A DNA stretch of 63,259 bases, filler included, from Octopus bimaculoides (lineage: Eukaryota), in assembly GCF_001194135.2 (NCBI RefSeq). It is 7 parts of 5 records of this genome, joined end to end, with 100 filler letters (N's around TTAATTAATTAA, not from the genome) between each part and the next. Parts side by side here need not be neighbours in the genome. Positions count along the whole stretch, not along the records: positions 34,349 to 55,339 come from NC_068986.1; positions 55,440 to 58,422 come from NC_068984.1; positions 58,523 to 60,418 come from NW_026334025.1; positions 60,519 to 63,259 come from NC_068981.1; 3 more parts are not named here. One strand, given 5' to 3'. Shown one piece after another: positions 50,784 through 63,259 of this stretch. The position numbers were made by a program, and so were the translations under genes. Below the pieces are notes generated by a model. It was not told the origin of the DNA, ran no database searches, and saw nothing but the letters and a program-made list of their open reading frames with translations. Positions within the stretch are counted from its first letter, which is position 1. Each line of letters begins with the position of its first letter.

Positions 50784-51301
50784 AACACAAATGGAGTTAA
50801 AATTTTATAACAACTATTTCAGTAGAATCTTATTGATCTACTCATAGATTTCATCACGGAATATTATCCCCCATCTTCAGATAAAATTTTGAACACGTAT
50901 AAGCAGGTAAAATGATACCTTGATGATAATGTATCAAAACAACATTTTCAAATAAGTGATACTTTCAAATTTTACCTAAAGATCGTGGATTCTAAGCTAT
51001 GATTCATCAATAAAGTTCTACCCACAGCTTTAGCGAATTTGAAGCTCCATTTGTGTCAATATTTATACCAACGCGGCAGCCACATCCAGCCCTGAGTCGT
51101 ATTTACGGTTTAAATTGGATTTGCCGCTTACATATCTACAGCATCATACTATTACATGGTACCTTCATAGTTATTTTAACTTACTGTATAACCGTATGTT
51201 ATTGTACCTAGCCATTTTTGAAGTCGTACGTATTGATGTGATTGGTTCTAATAAATCCTATAACTATTCTCTCTCTCTCTCACACACTTTCTTCCTTTCT
51301 T

Positions 51302-51343
<42 letters not shown>

Positions 51344-51349
51344 CTTCCC

Positions 51350-51393
<44 letters not shown>

Positions 51394-51519
51394 ATCTATT
51401 TATATCTCTATCTCTCTATTTCTCTGTGTGTGTGTGTATATATATAAACATATTACACACACAAACACACTCAGACACACACACGCACACATACACGTAT
51501 ATTTATGTGTGTAGATATG

Positions 51520-51560
<41 letters not shown>

Positions 51561-54047
51561 GTATGCATGTGCGTTTATATATATATGATATGATATACAT
51601 ATGTATATGTGTACATATATATATACATATATAATCAAAAAATAAGCAACACGGATTTCAAAGGTGATTGCAGTACGCACGTTTCATGCTACTCCAATTT
51701 ATTAAAGTAATGCGAGCATTACATTAAATGCAATATGAAGAGCAATCTTCAGCTGCACGAAAATTACTGTAGAAAAGACATATTATAAATGTGGCAACAT
51801 TTCAAATCCAAGTGGGAGAGAGAATACATAAAAATCCAAATGTGAGGAAGAATACATAAGTCCATCTTGACATAGCCGAGTCTATCAGGCTAGTAATTGA
51901 TTCTAGACAAAAGTTTTAACTGTCTCAGATTTTATTGTTTCTTATCTAGTGGTGATAGCAAAGGGACAAATACTTCTAAAGAGAGGGAAGGTGTAAGCAG
52001 TATGCATGGACAAGGCTATAAAATGTAAAATGTATTAGAATATAAAGGTTTCACTGGTCATAGTAGTATCAGGTCATTTTACTACTATCAAAGTGTTGAG
52101 GAATTAATGTTGAGGAATTACAACCCTAGGTATATGGGTCAAATAGGTTTTTTTCTTTTAGTCTGAATAGAGTAACAGTATAGTGGTACAGATAACAATA
52201 ATACTCCAACCAATATTTTCACAATAAGAGGTATGTTAATAAAATAAATAAAATGAGATGTAATTATTTTCCACAAAAATCATGAAATAATGTCAGTATT
52301 GAATTCAGGGGCTCATTATCTTATCTTCAACTAAAATTTTTTAAGATAATTCAAAATAATTTTCATGAACCCAATATACTTAATATCCTTAAATTTTACA
52401 CCCTATCTACATCATGCTGAGGATTGGAAAAGAGTAGTTTTATATTCTTAACCATGAAACGTCGTACATGATTAACTAAAGGCAGGTTTGTTTTTTGTTT
52501 TCTCTTCTGTTTTTGTTCTATGTGTGCCATAAATATCGCCATCCGTTAGAGAAAAAATTGTAGTTTAGAATCAGTAGTTCTTTGACTGTTGTTTCTAAAT
52601 TTTCAGTATGTTGGTGAAGCAACTCATGCTGACCCCTATATATTTATGATNNNNNNNNNNNNNNNNNNNNNNNNNNNNNNNNNNNNNNNNNNNNNNNNNN
52701 NNNNNNNNNNNNNNNNNNNNNNNNNNNNNNNNNNNNNNNNNNNNNNNNNNNNNNNNNNNNNNNNNNNNNNNNNNNNNNNNNNNNNNNNNNNNNNNNNNNN
52801 NNNNNNNNNNNNNNNNNNNNNNNNNNNNNNNNNNNNNNNNNNNNNNNNNNNNNNNNNNNNNNNNNNNNNNNNNNNNNNNNNNNNNNNNNNNNNNNNNNNN
52901 NNNNNNNNNNNNNNNNNNNNNNNNNNNNNNNNNNNNNNNNNNNNNNNNNNNNNNNNNNNNNNNNNNNNNNNNNNNNNNNNNNNNNNNNNNNNNNNNNNNN
53001 NNNNNNNNNNNNNNNNNNNNNNNNNNNNNNNNNNNNNNNNNNNNNNNNNNNNNNNNNNNNNNNNNNNNNNNNNNNNNNNNNNNNNNNNNNNNNNNNNNNN
53101 NNNNNNNNNNNNNNNNNNNNNNNNNNNNNNNNNNNNNNNNNNNNNNNNNNNNNNNNNNNNNNNNNNNNNNNNNNNNNNNNNNNNNNNNNNNNNNNNNNNN
53201 NNNNNNNNNNNNNNNNNNNNNNNNNNNNNNNNNNNNNNNNNNNNNNNNNNNNNNNNNNNNNNNNNNNNNNNNNNNNNNNNNNNNNNNNNNNNNNNNNNNN
53301 NNNNNNNNNNNNNNNNNNNNNNNNNNNNNNNNNNNNNNNNNNNNNNNNNNNNNNNNNNNNNNNNNNNNNNNNNNNNNNNNNNNNNNNNNNNNNNNNNNNN
53401 NNNNNNNNNNNNNNNNNNNNNNNNNNNNNNNNNNNNNNNNNNNNNNNNNNNNNNNNNNNNNNNNNNNNNNNNNNNNNNNNTGTGTCTATGTCTGTGTCAG
53501 TGTACGCACACGTGGGTGTTTGTATTCGCGTACGTTTGCGTGCACAAACCCGTGCATGTTCGCATCGATGTACCAGTATCGTCAAATCCAAAGAATTGAA
53601 ATCAGTAAAATGAGGAGAGAGAGAGGGGGGGAGGAAATGAGAACGAGAGAGAGAGAAAGGGAGGGTGAGGGAGAGAGAGAGAGAATTGTGTGTGTGTGTG
53701 TGTAAGAGTCTGAATGTTAATTCTAGAAAATTTTTCTCGTACAATTCTCCAACACCCAACCACTCTTTATACGAAGAATAAATTCATTCGATGCCATGGT
53801 ATTTGGAAAGCAAAAACGAATGCGCTTACATATTACGCATGCTCAATCACGTCTTCATGTATTGATGTAACATATTAGTGAGGTCGATAATTGCAGCGTA
53901 ACAGAATTAAGTAACTTTTCATTATCTCCCTTGTTAGTTTTTTTGCATAAGTTATTTCCCTTACATTAGTTAGCGTCTTGTTGAAAATCAGAAAGAAAAA
54001 AAACGACTAAGGAAATGATGGGGATGATGATGACAGTGATGATGACA

Positions 54048-54097
<50 letters not shown>

Positions 54098-54310
54098 ACC
54101 ACGACAATGACTACGATGATGGAAAAGAAAATGAAGAGGGAGAAACGACGATGAGACGAAAACGACGACGAAGATGACGACGATGATGATGATGAAAATG
54201 AAGAAGAAGANNNNNNNNNNNNNNNNNNNNNNNNNNNNNNNNNNNNNNNNNNNNNNNNNNNNNNNNNNNNNNNNNNNNNNNNNNNNNNNNNNNNNNNNNN
54301 NNNNNNNNNN

Positions 54311-54351
<41 letters not shown>

Positions 54352-54359
54352 AAGTAGTG

Positions 54360-54705
54360 ACCCCTACTTCATTTTATTGATTCCTGAAGGATGAAAGGCG
54401 ACTCGACCTCGGTTGGAACTGAACTCACAAAGAACCGGAAGAAACTATGCAAGGCATTTCGTTTGATGCGCTAACAATTCTGCCGATCCGTTGCCTTTAC
54501 AATGTCATACATCTTTTTATCTTTTACTTGTTTCGGTCATTAGACTGCGGCCATGCTGGAGAACCGCCATGAATTTTCAGTCGAATGAATCGACCCCAGT
54601 ACTTGTTTTAAAAGCCCAGTACTTATTCTATCGGTCTCTTATATTTATATATAAATATAGGCGCATGCATGGCTGTGTGGTAAGGAGTTTGCTTCCCAAC
54701 CACAA
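54360..54705. mobile_element. SINE cluster: family 2 (-) 54360-54497, family 1 tail (-) 54510-54640, family 1 head (+) 54660-54705
   Basis: Matches to the family cores described above. Confidence 0.7.
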
Positions 54706-54984
54706 ATGGAAAATGTATTGTAAATAAACAACGACAGATAAAAAAACCTTATACGTATACTGAGTGTAGAACAGAACGGGAGACAGACACAGAAGGTCCA
54801 TAATTCTTCATCAGTTATCAACCAAATGGTAACACACAGTTTCGAACCATCAATGATAAGACTGAGAACTTCCCATGCTGGCTGTGCCCGCGAAAGTTGC
54901 GGAGAATATAGGGCCTCACACACACACACACACACACACATATACATATATATATATATACAGACACACGCATACATACACATG

Positions 54985-55029
<45 letters not shown>

Positions 55030-55038
55030 TTACGTAAA

Positions 55039-55328
55039 GGCGCATGGCTTAGTGGTTAGTTCAATTCCCGGCGACAGGTTTTGTCCTTGAGCAAGACGCT
55101 TTATTTTACGTTGCTTCAGTCCACTCAGCTGGCAAAACTGAGTAGTACCTATATTTCGAAGGTCAGCCTTGTCACACTCTGTGTCACGCTGAATCTCACT
55201 GAAAACTACGTTAACGATACACGTGTCTGTGGAGTGGTCAGCCACTTGCACGATAAGGCTATCACGAGCAAGCTGTTACGTTGATCGTATTAGCTGGGTC
55301 CCCCGTCGTCGTCGCCGACGGAGTGCTC
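55039..55328 (+). mobile_element. SINE family 3 copy with a deletion inside the tRNA head
   Basis: GGCGCATGGCTTAGTGGTTAG is joined directly to TTCAATTCCC. Body colinear with 495-770. Confidence 0.8.
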
Positions 55329-55513
55329 CTATATATATANNNNNNNNNNNNNNNNNNNNNNNNNNNNNNNNNNNNNNNNNNNNTTAATTAATTAANNNNN
55401 NNNNNNNNNNNNNNNNNNNNNNNNNNNNNNNNNNNNNNNACCACAGCACATACCCAAGGCGCACAGAGCTGCGCTCGGTAGTGAAGTGAAAGCACGTTAT
55501 AAAAATAAAACTA

Positions 55514-55584
<71 letters not shown>

Positions 55585-55599
55585 TAATAGTATTCTATT

Positions 55600-55794
55600 C
55601 TACTACAAGCACAAGGCCTGAAATTTGGGGTTGGGGTGGACAGTCGATTACATCCACTGGTACTTCATTTATTGAACTCGAAAGGATGAAAAGTAAAGCC
55701 GACCTCGGCGGAATTTGAACTCAGTACGTAAAGATGGACGAAATGCTGCTAAGCATTTTCCCGGCAAGCTAAAGATTTTGCCAGCTCGACGCCT
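55600..55794 (-). mobile_element. SINE family 2, full length, between (AAT)n tracts
   Basis: Head GGCGTCGAGCTGGCAAAATC..., family core, and tail. Confidence 0.85.
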
Positions 55795-55795
55795 C

Positions 55796-55840
<45 letters not shown>

Positions 55841-55841
<1 letters not shown>

Positions 55842-56740
55842 TTTACTATATTATCCATTAAGGGTCCACAAAATACATTGGGGACAGTACAAGACAATAC
55901 AATGTGGAATTATACACAATGAAGCGCGTAAACAGAAACAACGATAGCAAAATAAATTTCACCTACCTTTCAACAAAATTGTTGGAACGTAGCACTTCTC
56001 TCACTACTCTAACATTTCTTTTCAAGTGAAACTTGAAAAAGTTGATGAGGGTTTAGCCAAAAGGGAAAGTATCTGTCTTCAGCCCTTTCAATCTGGTTCA
56101 CCTCACAACCTCTGTTTCTAAGGCTACGAGACAAAGAAACACTGCCTGCCTTCCCCGGTCAAAGGAAGTAAGCGAGATCATTTTCAGAATGGACTGAGCC
56201 AATAGTCGGATCTGTCCTACACATGACAGCATATGCTCGACATAAGGCCACAAGTCAGCGATACTGGACGATAGCATGCGAGCATCTCGGGAAAGCCCGA
56301 CTGGTGACACTTCCATACTTGTAGAGTTTATTCCGAACCGGCCATCCCCCATGGTAACACTGTCAAGTCAAGAATTTCTGGGAATTATACATAGGCCCCG
56401 GATCCAAAGTCCTCTGCTACATACCAGCCAGTTGAATTTCGTCGACACCCAGACTTACCCCGAATATGTCATTGCATTCGCTCACCACTAATCATCTATA
56501 GAACGCCGAAGTGGAACCTCTTCCAACTGCATTACCCGACTAACAGAATTGCGGGCGGCTGACGACATTCTAGGTGCCAGGCGCTTTGCTTCGGTCTACG
56601 CTTGATCCAGGACTGCAGTTCATTCAAAGAGACGAGCTGTGGAAGTTTAATAGGAACCGTTAATTTCTTAATTTTATCTCTGTCATATAGTAAATAAGCT
56701 GACAGAATCGGTACCGCATCTGACAAAATTATTACCCGCA
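55841..56740 (-). mobile_element. Tx1/L1-type LINE, ORF2 C-terminal fragment with 3' tail into (ATT)n
   Basis: Remnants LQSWIKRRPK, DKLYKYGS..SRAFPRC, ADLWPYVEHML, VFLCLVAL, LINFFKFHLKR...FVER. Tail at 55841-55900. Confidence 0.75.
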
Positions 56741-57215
56741 TTTCTTCCGTCTTTTCATTCTGAGTTCAAACTAGGCCAAGGTTGACTTTGCCTTTCATGC
56801 TTTCATAGTCGATAAAATAAGTGCCACTCGAAGAATCTTCCAAAATTTCAGGCCTTGTTCCTGTAGAATTTTTAAAACTTTTACTGTGACCATGCCAGGA
56901 CATCACCTTGAAAGGTTTAGTCGAACGAATCGATCCCAGTAGTTATTTTGAAAGACTGGTGCTTATTCTATCAGTCTCTTTGCCGTACCGCAATGTTAGG
57001 TAGACATAAACAAACCAACACCAGTTGTAAAGCTGTGCTGGCGGAAAAACACAGACACAAAGACAGTCAGTTTCCGTTTACTATATTTCCTCAGAAGTCT
57101 TTGGTCATCCGAGGCTATAGTAGAAGATACTTGCTCAAAGTGCCATGCAGTAGGACTGAACTCAGAACCATGTGGTTGGGAAGGAAACTTTTTACCATAC
57201 AGCCATACAATGATG
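56740..57215. mobile_element. SINE family 2 (+) 56740-56870 back to back with family 1 (-) 56880-57215
   Basis: Matches to the family cores. Confidence 0.75.
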
Positions 57216-58132
57216 CGATGAAACATGGTACTGACCAATAAGATGGAAGGTGTATCCGGTTTAACTATGATCCTAAGAATATTGAAATAATCAAGACATA
57301 TGACAAGGTTGATTAAAAAATTAAAAAATAAGACTAATACAATAATCCCAATGGTAAATATTTCTTTGCAATTCTAGAGGAATCAAAAGGAAGTTTCTCT
57401 AGCTATGATCAACACATTCAAAAAGAAGCTAAATTAACAGCAGAAAACTATAGTTCCAACGTATATAAAACTATATAAAACGTAACAAAATGAAACAATA
57501 AAACGGAATAAAAATAGTTGAATAGCTATTTATTTAAGATGAAACAATGGGAAAAATGAAACATAAAACTCATTCTAACAATAATTATGAATTAGCTGAA
57601 TCCGCGAAAACTTCACGGAAAATATAAAAAATGTAAGCATCTGTAAATTGTGTGCTGGTGCCATGAGAAATGTTTCTATATTGTGACCCTTACTGTAATA
57701 TCCAATATTGGTTGAGGACTCAGTATATAGAATACTGTAATTAATTATATTGTAGGAAAGTAAAAGTAATATCCAATATTTCTTGTGGTTATGTATCTGT
57801 CTACTCTGAAAACAATGATAAACATTTAAAAACACAAAACAAACGCCACCTTCGTTTCAGTCACCACTCACTCTCTGTCTCACTCCCTTTCTCTCTCCTT
57901 CCTCTCTCTTTCGCTTTACCGCTCTCTTCAAGTATACCTCACCTGCTTAATATCTTTACTTTTTATTTTTATTTCTACTTCTCCCTTCAAGAGTAGAAAA
58001 GTAACAGTAACATTCACAGGCATTTGCTGAGAGACACACAGGGGGAAAGAGGGAATGTGTGAGAGAGAGAGAGGCAGACAGACAGAATAAGTCAGACAGA
58101 CAGGCATATAGATCGATCGATAGATAGATAGG

Positions 58133-58395
58133 TTTCTTTATTAGCCACACAGGGCTCAACACAGAGAGGACAAAATACAAATGTAGAGTTTTTTTCTTTT
58201 CGAGGGGGGCGAAAACAAAGCAGAGAAAAAAAAAAAAAGTGGGGACAACGATGAAAAAAAAACATCGCAAAACGTTTGGGGTATTTACAAAAAATACGAA
58301 ATAATACAGAAAATTCCCAATAAATGGGGAGGTTATCCGTGGAAAGAAAAACCTACGAAAAGACCACGGTAACCTCGGTCCTTAGTGTCACAGTT
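58133..58395 (-). mobile_element. LINE 3' UTR and tail fragment, probably Tx1-type
   Basis: Ends TTTGTCCCTCTCTGTGTTGAGCCCTGTGTGGCTAATAAAGAAACC, which resembles the tail at 55841-55900. Confidence 0.5.
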
Positions 58396-58522
58396 TGTTA
58401 AATAAGATTTCTTTTATTTATGNNNNNNNNNNNNNNNNNNNNNNNNNNNNNNNNNNNNNNNNNNNNTTAATTAATTAANNNNNNNNNNNNNNNNNNNNNN
58501 NNNNNNNNNNNNNNNNNNNNNN

Positions 58523-58726
58523 TAGTATATTGCCACTTAAGTGTGGCTGACCCCTAGGGGTGGATGTTAAAATCTCCTCCAGCTGGCTTATCGACACACG
58601 ATTCCCTTGGCAAACAGGACACAGTCGTGTGTCGATAAGCCAGCTGGAGGAGATGTCCTCCTGGGGCTAAAAGCAACAGTAACATCCACCCCTAGGGGTC
58701 AGCCACACTTAAGTGGCAATATACTA
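58523..58726. repeat. Fold-back of two inverted family A copies
   Basis: Perfect 47-bp outer arms (58523-58569 / 58680-58726) and perfect 30-bp inner arms (58572-58601 / 58625-58654), with a 23-nt loop and a 25-nt right-side bulge opposite 2 nt. Confidence 0.9.
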
Positions 58727-58991
58727 CACTTTACATAAATACATTTATGCATATATATACATATGTACATATGTATATGTGTATGTATGTATGTGTGTAT
58801 GTATGCATGTATGTATGTATGTATGTATGTTTGTATGTGCGTGTGTGTCCGTCTGTCAGGGATACGCCGAAGTCATGGGACTACAGCATGGTACATTGTG
58901 AAGAAGCAGCGGAAGAACGGAACTGAGCCAACAGTGGTCCTTACTACTGAGCGGAGAATTCCTAGATCAACGATGAGGATCATCAAGCTCT

Positions 58992-59047
<56 letters not shown>

Positions 59048-59082
59048 AAGAGAGAGAGAGAGAGAGAAAGGGNNNNNNNNNN

Positions 59083-59470
59083 TGCTTAGCGGTATTTCGT
59101 CTGTCTTTATGTTCTGAATTCAAATTCCGCTGAGGTCGACTTTGCCTTTCATCCTTTCGGGGTCGTTTTAATAAGTACCAGTTACGCACTGGAGTCGATA
59201 TAATCGACTTAATCCGTTTGTCTGTCCTTGTTTGTCCCCTCTGTGTGAAGTTCCTTGTGGGCAGTAAAGAAACAAGAAACGTTAGCACGTCGGGCGAAAT
59301 GCTTAGCGGTATTTCGTCTGTCTTTGTGTTCTGAGTTCAAATTCCGCAGAGGTCGACTTTGCCTTTCATCCTTTTCGGGGTCGATAAATTAAGTACCAGT
59401 TGCGTACTGAAGTCGATCTAATTGACTGGTCCCTTCCCTCAAATTTCGGGCCTTGTGCCTAGCGTAGAAA
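59083..59470 (+). mobile_element. Tandem dimer of SINE family 2 with two different tails
   Basis: Copy 1 (59083-59270) ends ...CCTTGTGGGCAGTAAAGAAAC. Copy 2 (59275-59470) ends ...GGGCCTTGTGCCTAGCGTAGAAA. Confidence 0.85.
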
Positions 59471-59579
59471 CAAAAATACTCAGCCACTAACAAGCTAATT
59501 CAGTGAACAAGTAGCGCAACTGATCGAACAAATCAACGTTGAAACCGCCGGAGAACCATTTTCTTCATCTCGTGTACAC

Positions 59580-59633
59580 GTGCGCATGTGGAACCGCGTG
59601 CGCATGTGGAACCGCGTGCGCATGTGGAACCGC
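59580..59633. repeat. 18-bp tandem repeat, three copies (GTGCGCATGTGGAACCGC)
   Basis: Direct reading. Confidence 0.9.
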
Positions 59634-60298
59634 ATGTGTTGGCATGTGTAAACGTGAACACATAAGCGTATATATGCGTGTGGAGACTTGCCTATCCTTG
59701 TATAGGTGTGTTTATCTGTCTTTCTATGTGTGTGTCTGTGAAAATTACATCACGCATTATTATGTAAACTATATAGTTGTGCCTACACAAAAGAGTAATT
59801 TGAAGAATTTCCTATATAATTATATCTCGTTGCTGTGAATTAGTCGTGTCTTTCAACGCTTTTAATTAATGCCTATTCCCCCACCACATCGCTCCAGAGA
59901 AAATTTGAGCAAATCTAAAAAAAAAAAAAATGAAAAAAATATATTCCATTATAAATTATTTAACTTCTTTTTTTTAATATTTCAAAATTTTTATTAATCA
60001 GTTATATTTAATATAAACCTGCTAATTAAAAATTTAATGAATTAGCCCCCTCTGACCCTAACGATGGTGTTATATTCACGCAGATATATATAAAGTCGAT
60101 AAGAAAGATGATAATTTATAAAAATAGAAATGTGTTGAAAATCAAAGGGAGTTGATGTTCCATATTTATTAATCTCTTACAGTTTACTTNNNNNNNNNNA
60201 TCAAAGGGAGTTGATGTTCCATATTTATTAATCTCTTACAGTTTACTTACACATAGCTTTAACTCACACGATTATTACATTATATATATATATGTGTG

Positions 60299-60337
<39 letters not shown>

Positions 60338-61189
60338 ACACACATATTGTTTCTGTACTTATGGACATACATAAGGGTATATATATATATACATACATAC
60401 ATACATATATATATATGTNNNNNNNNNNNNNNNNNNNNNNNNNNNNNNNNNNNNNNNNNNNNTTAATTAATTAANNNNNNNNNNNNNNNNNNNNNNNNNN
60501 NNNNNNNNNNNNNNNNNNTAAATTTTGTAAAAATAAATAAAAGAGAAAGACGAAACAGAAAGAAGATAAGCAACACAGACGGCTTGAGGAACGAGTTGGC
60601 GAGGTTGTCCGGGGGGAGGGAGAGACGTATGAAGTAAGAGCAAATAGAAGGATAAGGAGTAAGAATGAAGTCACTGGAATGTCTGTCTGTGAAGTGTCGG
60701 CAGAGGAAGAGCGGGAGGAGGAGGAGGAGAACGAGCGGGAGGGGAAGGAGAACGAGGAGCAAGAGGTAGGGGAGGTGGGGAAAGAAGGACGGAAGTGGTG
60801 GGAGTAGGAGTATAAGAAGTAAGAGAGAGAGGAAAATGCTGAAGAGAAGGAAAGAGGAAGTAGGAGGAGCAAACGTAAAGAGTGACTTGAACTACAGAGA
60901 TGGAAAGGGGAGACAATGTAGGAAAAGGCAAGAAATATGGAGACAGAGTGAGAGAAAATATAAGAGAATGGTTTTTGTGAAAGAGCTTTGGATATAGAGA
61001 TAAAGAGATATAGAGAGGATAGAGGGATAAAAATTATGAGAGGGCACAGAGAGAGGGAAAGAAAAGAGAGTGATAGTGTGAGGTATTGTAGAATTTAGAT
61101 GAAAAGTAAAATATATGACGGAGAAATTCAAAATTGTAGTGAGTGAGTAATGTGTTGAGAGAAAGGATGAAAAAGGAATGAAAGAGTGG

Positions 61190-61850
61190 AGGAAAGAAAG
61201 GGAAGAAAAGGAAAGAAAGGAGAGGAAATGAAAGAATGAAAAGAAGGAAGGAAGAAGGAAAAGAAGGAAGAAAGAATGAAAAGAAGGAAGAAAGAAAGAA
61301 AAGGAAGAAAGAATGAAAAGAACGAAGGAAGAAAGAATGAAAAGAAGGAAGAAAGAATGAAAAGATGGAAGAAAGAATGAAAAGAAGGAAGAAAGAATGT
61401 GTAAAAGAAGGAAGAAAGAATGAAAAGAAGGAAGAAAAAACGTTAAAAGAAGGAAGAAAGAATGAAAAGAAGGAAGAAAGAATGAAAAGAAGGAAGAAAG
61501 AATGAAAAGAAGTAAGAAAGGATGAAAAGAAGAAAGAAAGAATGTGTAAAAGAAGGAAGAAAGAATGAAAAGAAGGAAGAAAGAATGAAAAGAAGGAAGA
61601 AAGAATGAAAAGAAGGAAGNNNNNNNNNNGAAGAAAGAAAGAAAAGAAGGAAGAAAGAATGAAAAGAAGGAAGAAAGAATGAAAAGAAGGAAGAAAGAAC
61701 GTCTAAAAGAAGGAAGAAAGAATGAAAAGAAGGAAGAAAGAATGAAAAGAAGAAAGAAAGAATGAAAAGAAGGAAGAAAGAATGAAAAGAAGGAAGAAAG
61801 AATGAAAAGAAGGAAGAAAGAATGAAAAGAAGGAAGAAAGAACGTGTAAA
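61190..61850 (+). repeat. 20-bp polypurine satellite (AAGAAGGAAGAAAGAATGAA)n
   Basis: Roughly 30 degenerate units, with occasional ACGTTT/ACGTCT/ATGTGT variants. Confidence 0.9.
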
Positions 61851-62299
61851 AGAATATCTACGAATGACAGAGATTAAAAAGAGAAGGACGTACGAAAAGA
61901 AAGTTATGGCAAAATTGGCGAATAAAAGTGAATTAAAGAAAAAGAAGAGGAAAAGAAACAATGTGAAAGTGCATGAATGTGTGTGTGTGTGTCTTGTGCG
62001 TATGTGCTTGTGTCTGTATGTGTTTGTGTATGTATGTAATAGAGGAAGAAAGAATGAAGATGAAGAAGGAGAAATATATAAACAAAAAGAGACTGAAGAG
62101 AGAGAGAAAAAAGAAGCAGTTAATATAAAAGAAAAGAGAAGGAGAGAAGCGTGAGATTGCAATAAACGGAAAGGAAGCAATGGCAGAGGGAAATAGAAAG
62201 AGGTAGAGAGATATACACAGAGAGATAGAGAGACAGACAGACAGTGTGTGCAGCCAGACAAAAAAAAGGAGAGGAGAGAGAGCATGAGAGAGAGAGAGA

Positions 62300-62630
62300 A
62301 GTGCGCAGACGACAGACGAATAAAGGCGGGGAGAGAGAGAGGGGAGGGGGGAGAGGGGAAGGGAGAGAGAGGAAATGAGATTGAGAGCGAGGGGGAAGAG
62401 ATGAGAGAGAGCGTTCGAAAGTAACAGACGAAAAAAGACGAACAGAGTGAGAGAGTGACAATGAAAGAAGAAGAGATTGAAACCGTGCGCAGACAACAGA
62501 CGAATAAAGACGAAGAGAGGGAGAGATAGAGAGCGCAGACGGAAGACGAATAAAGGCGAAGACAGAGAGAGACTGAGAGCGTGCGCAGACGGAAGACGAA
62601 TAAAGGCGAAGACAGAGAGAGACACGGAGA
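62300..62630 (+). repeat. Dispersed minisatellite unit GTGCGCAGACGGAAGACGAATAAAGGCG set in (GA)n
   Basis: About five copies, near 62301, 62410, 62485, 62533 and 62581. Confidence 0.8.
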
Positions 62631-62863
62631 GAGACACAGAGAGACACGGAGAGGGAAAGAGGGAGAGAGGGAGAAAGAGGGAGAGAAAGAGAGAAACAAA
62701 GAGCGGGGACGGAGGTTGGACTAGAAACAAATATATTTGAACAGGAATTGTTAGAGAGAGGGAGACGGAAAGAAGGCTAAAAAAGGGGGAAAGAAAGGGG
62801 AAAGTAAAAAGAATTGGAGAAAGTAAAATAAACGTTGAAGGAAATGAGAATAAGAATCAAAAA

Positions 62864-62945
<82 letters not shown>

Positions 62946-63188
62946 AAATATAGTGGAATGTGAAGCGCATGGAAAAAGTGGAGAGAAGAGAAATGGGAAA
63001 GATACATACATACACTTATATACCTACAAGCGCAAATATATATACATATCGGCATATACACGAACATACAAAAGCACATGCTCACACACTGACAAATATA
63101 CCTGCGCACAAATATTCATTCATTTCATTCATATATTTACTCACACACACACATACGCGCGTGTCGTTACATAGATACACTGATTTAC

Positions 63189-63226
<38 letters not shown>

Positions 63227-63259
63227 ACACACATGTCTCTGTGTCTACGCATATATATA

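Noticed and set aside
54803-54847. GTTC-GAAAC...CTGATGA-A-GAAT as a permuted (type II) hammerhead; similar layout at about 16905-16945
   Set aside because: Stem II can be drawn, but stems I and III cannot be closed with a valid NUH triplet.
59539-59838. Cys-rich, metallothionein-like ORF (CACGTACACGTAC...)
   Set aside because: The Cys pattern comes from the 18-bp repeat. There is no ATG start and no typical Cys-x-Cys/Lys domain layout.
60141-60248. 49-bp direct duplication
   Set aside because: Exact copies on either side of a 10-N gap, typical of an unmerged contig overlap.

Overview
This is AT-rich eukaryotic genomic DNA from a gappy draft assembly, with many N runs, six of which carry an artificial TTAATTAATTAA spacer. 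The repeat content (very dense microsatellites plus several tRNA-derived SINE families) points to an octopus or other coleoid cephalopod; this is an inference, as no database search was run. I could not identify any intact host gene. Most listed ORFs are translations of microsatellites or N-gaps. The recognisable coding sequence is decayed transposon: four mariner copies, a DD37D maT fragment, a Tc1 fragment, CR1-, RTE-, R4/Dong- and Tx1/L1-type LINE pieces, and two Penelope-like elements (one with RT plus GIY-YIG). There are also a hAT MITE, a long-TIR MITE and a Helitron/HINE-like element. A few short segments with good splice sites are candidate exons. The most notable unexplained signals are: (1) several minimal hammerhead-ribozyme motifs from at least three repeat families, one with a shared variant core; (2) near-perfect fold-backs, including a mariner built from two 5' ends; (3) a minisatellite of overlapping STAT- and kappaB-like sites; (4) an ORF1-only Tx1-like element and a SINE bearing a Tx1-like tail; (5) a CpG-depleted domain at about 0.3-5.5 kb next to a CpG-rich segment.
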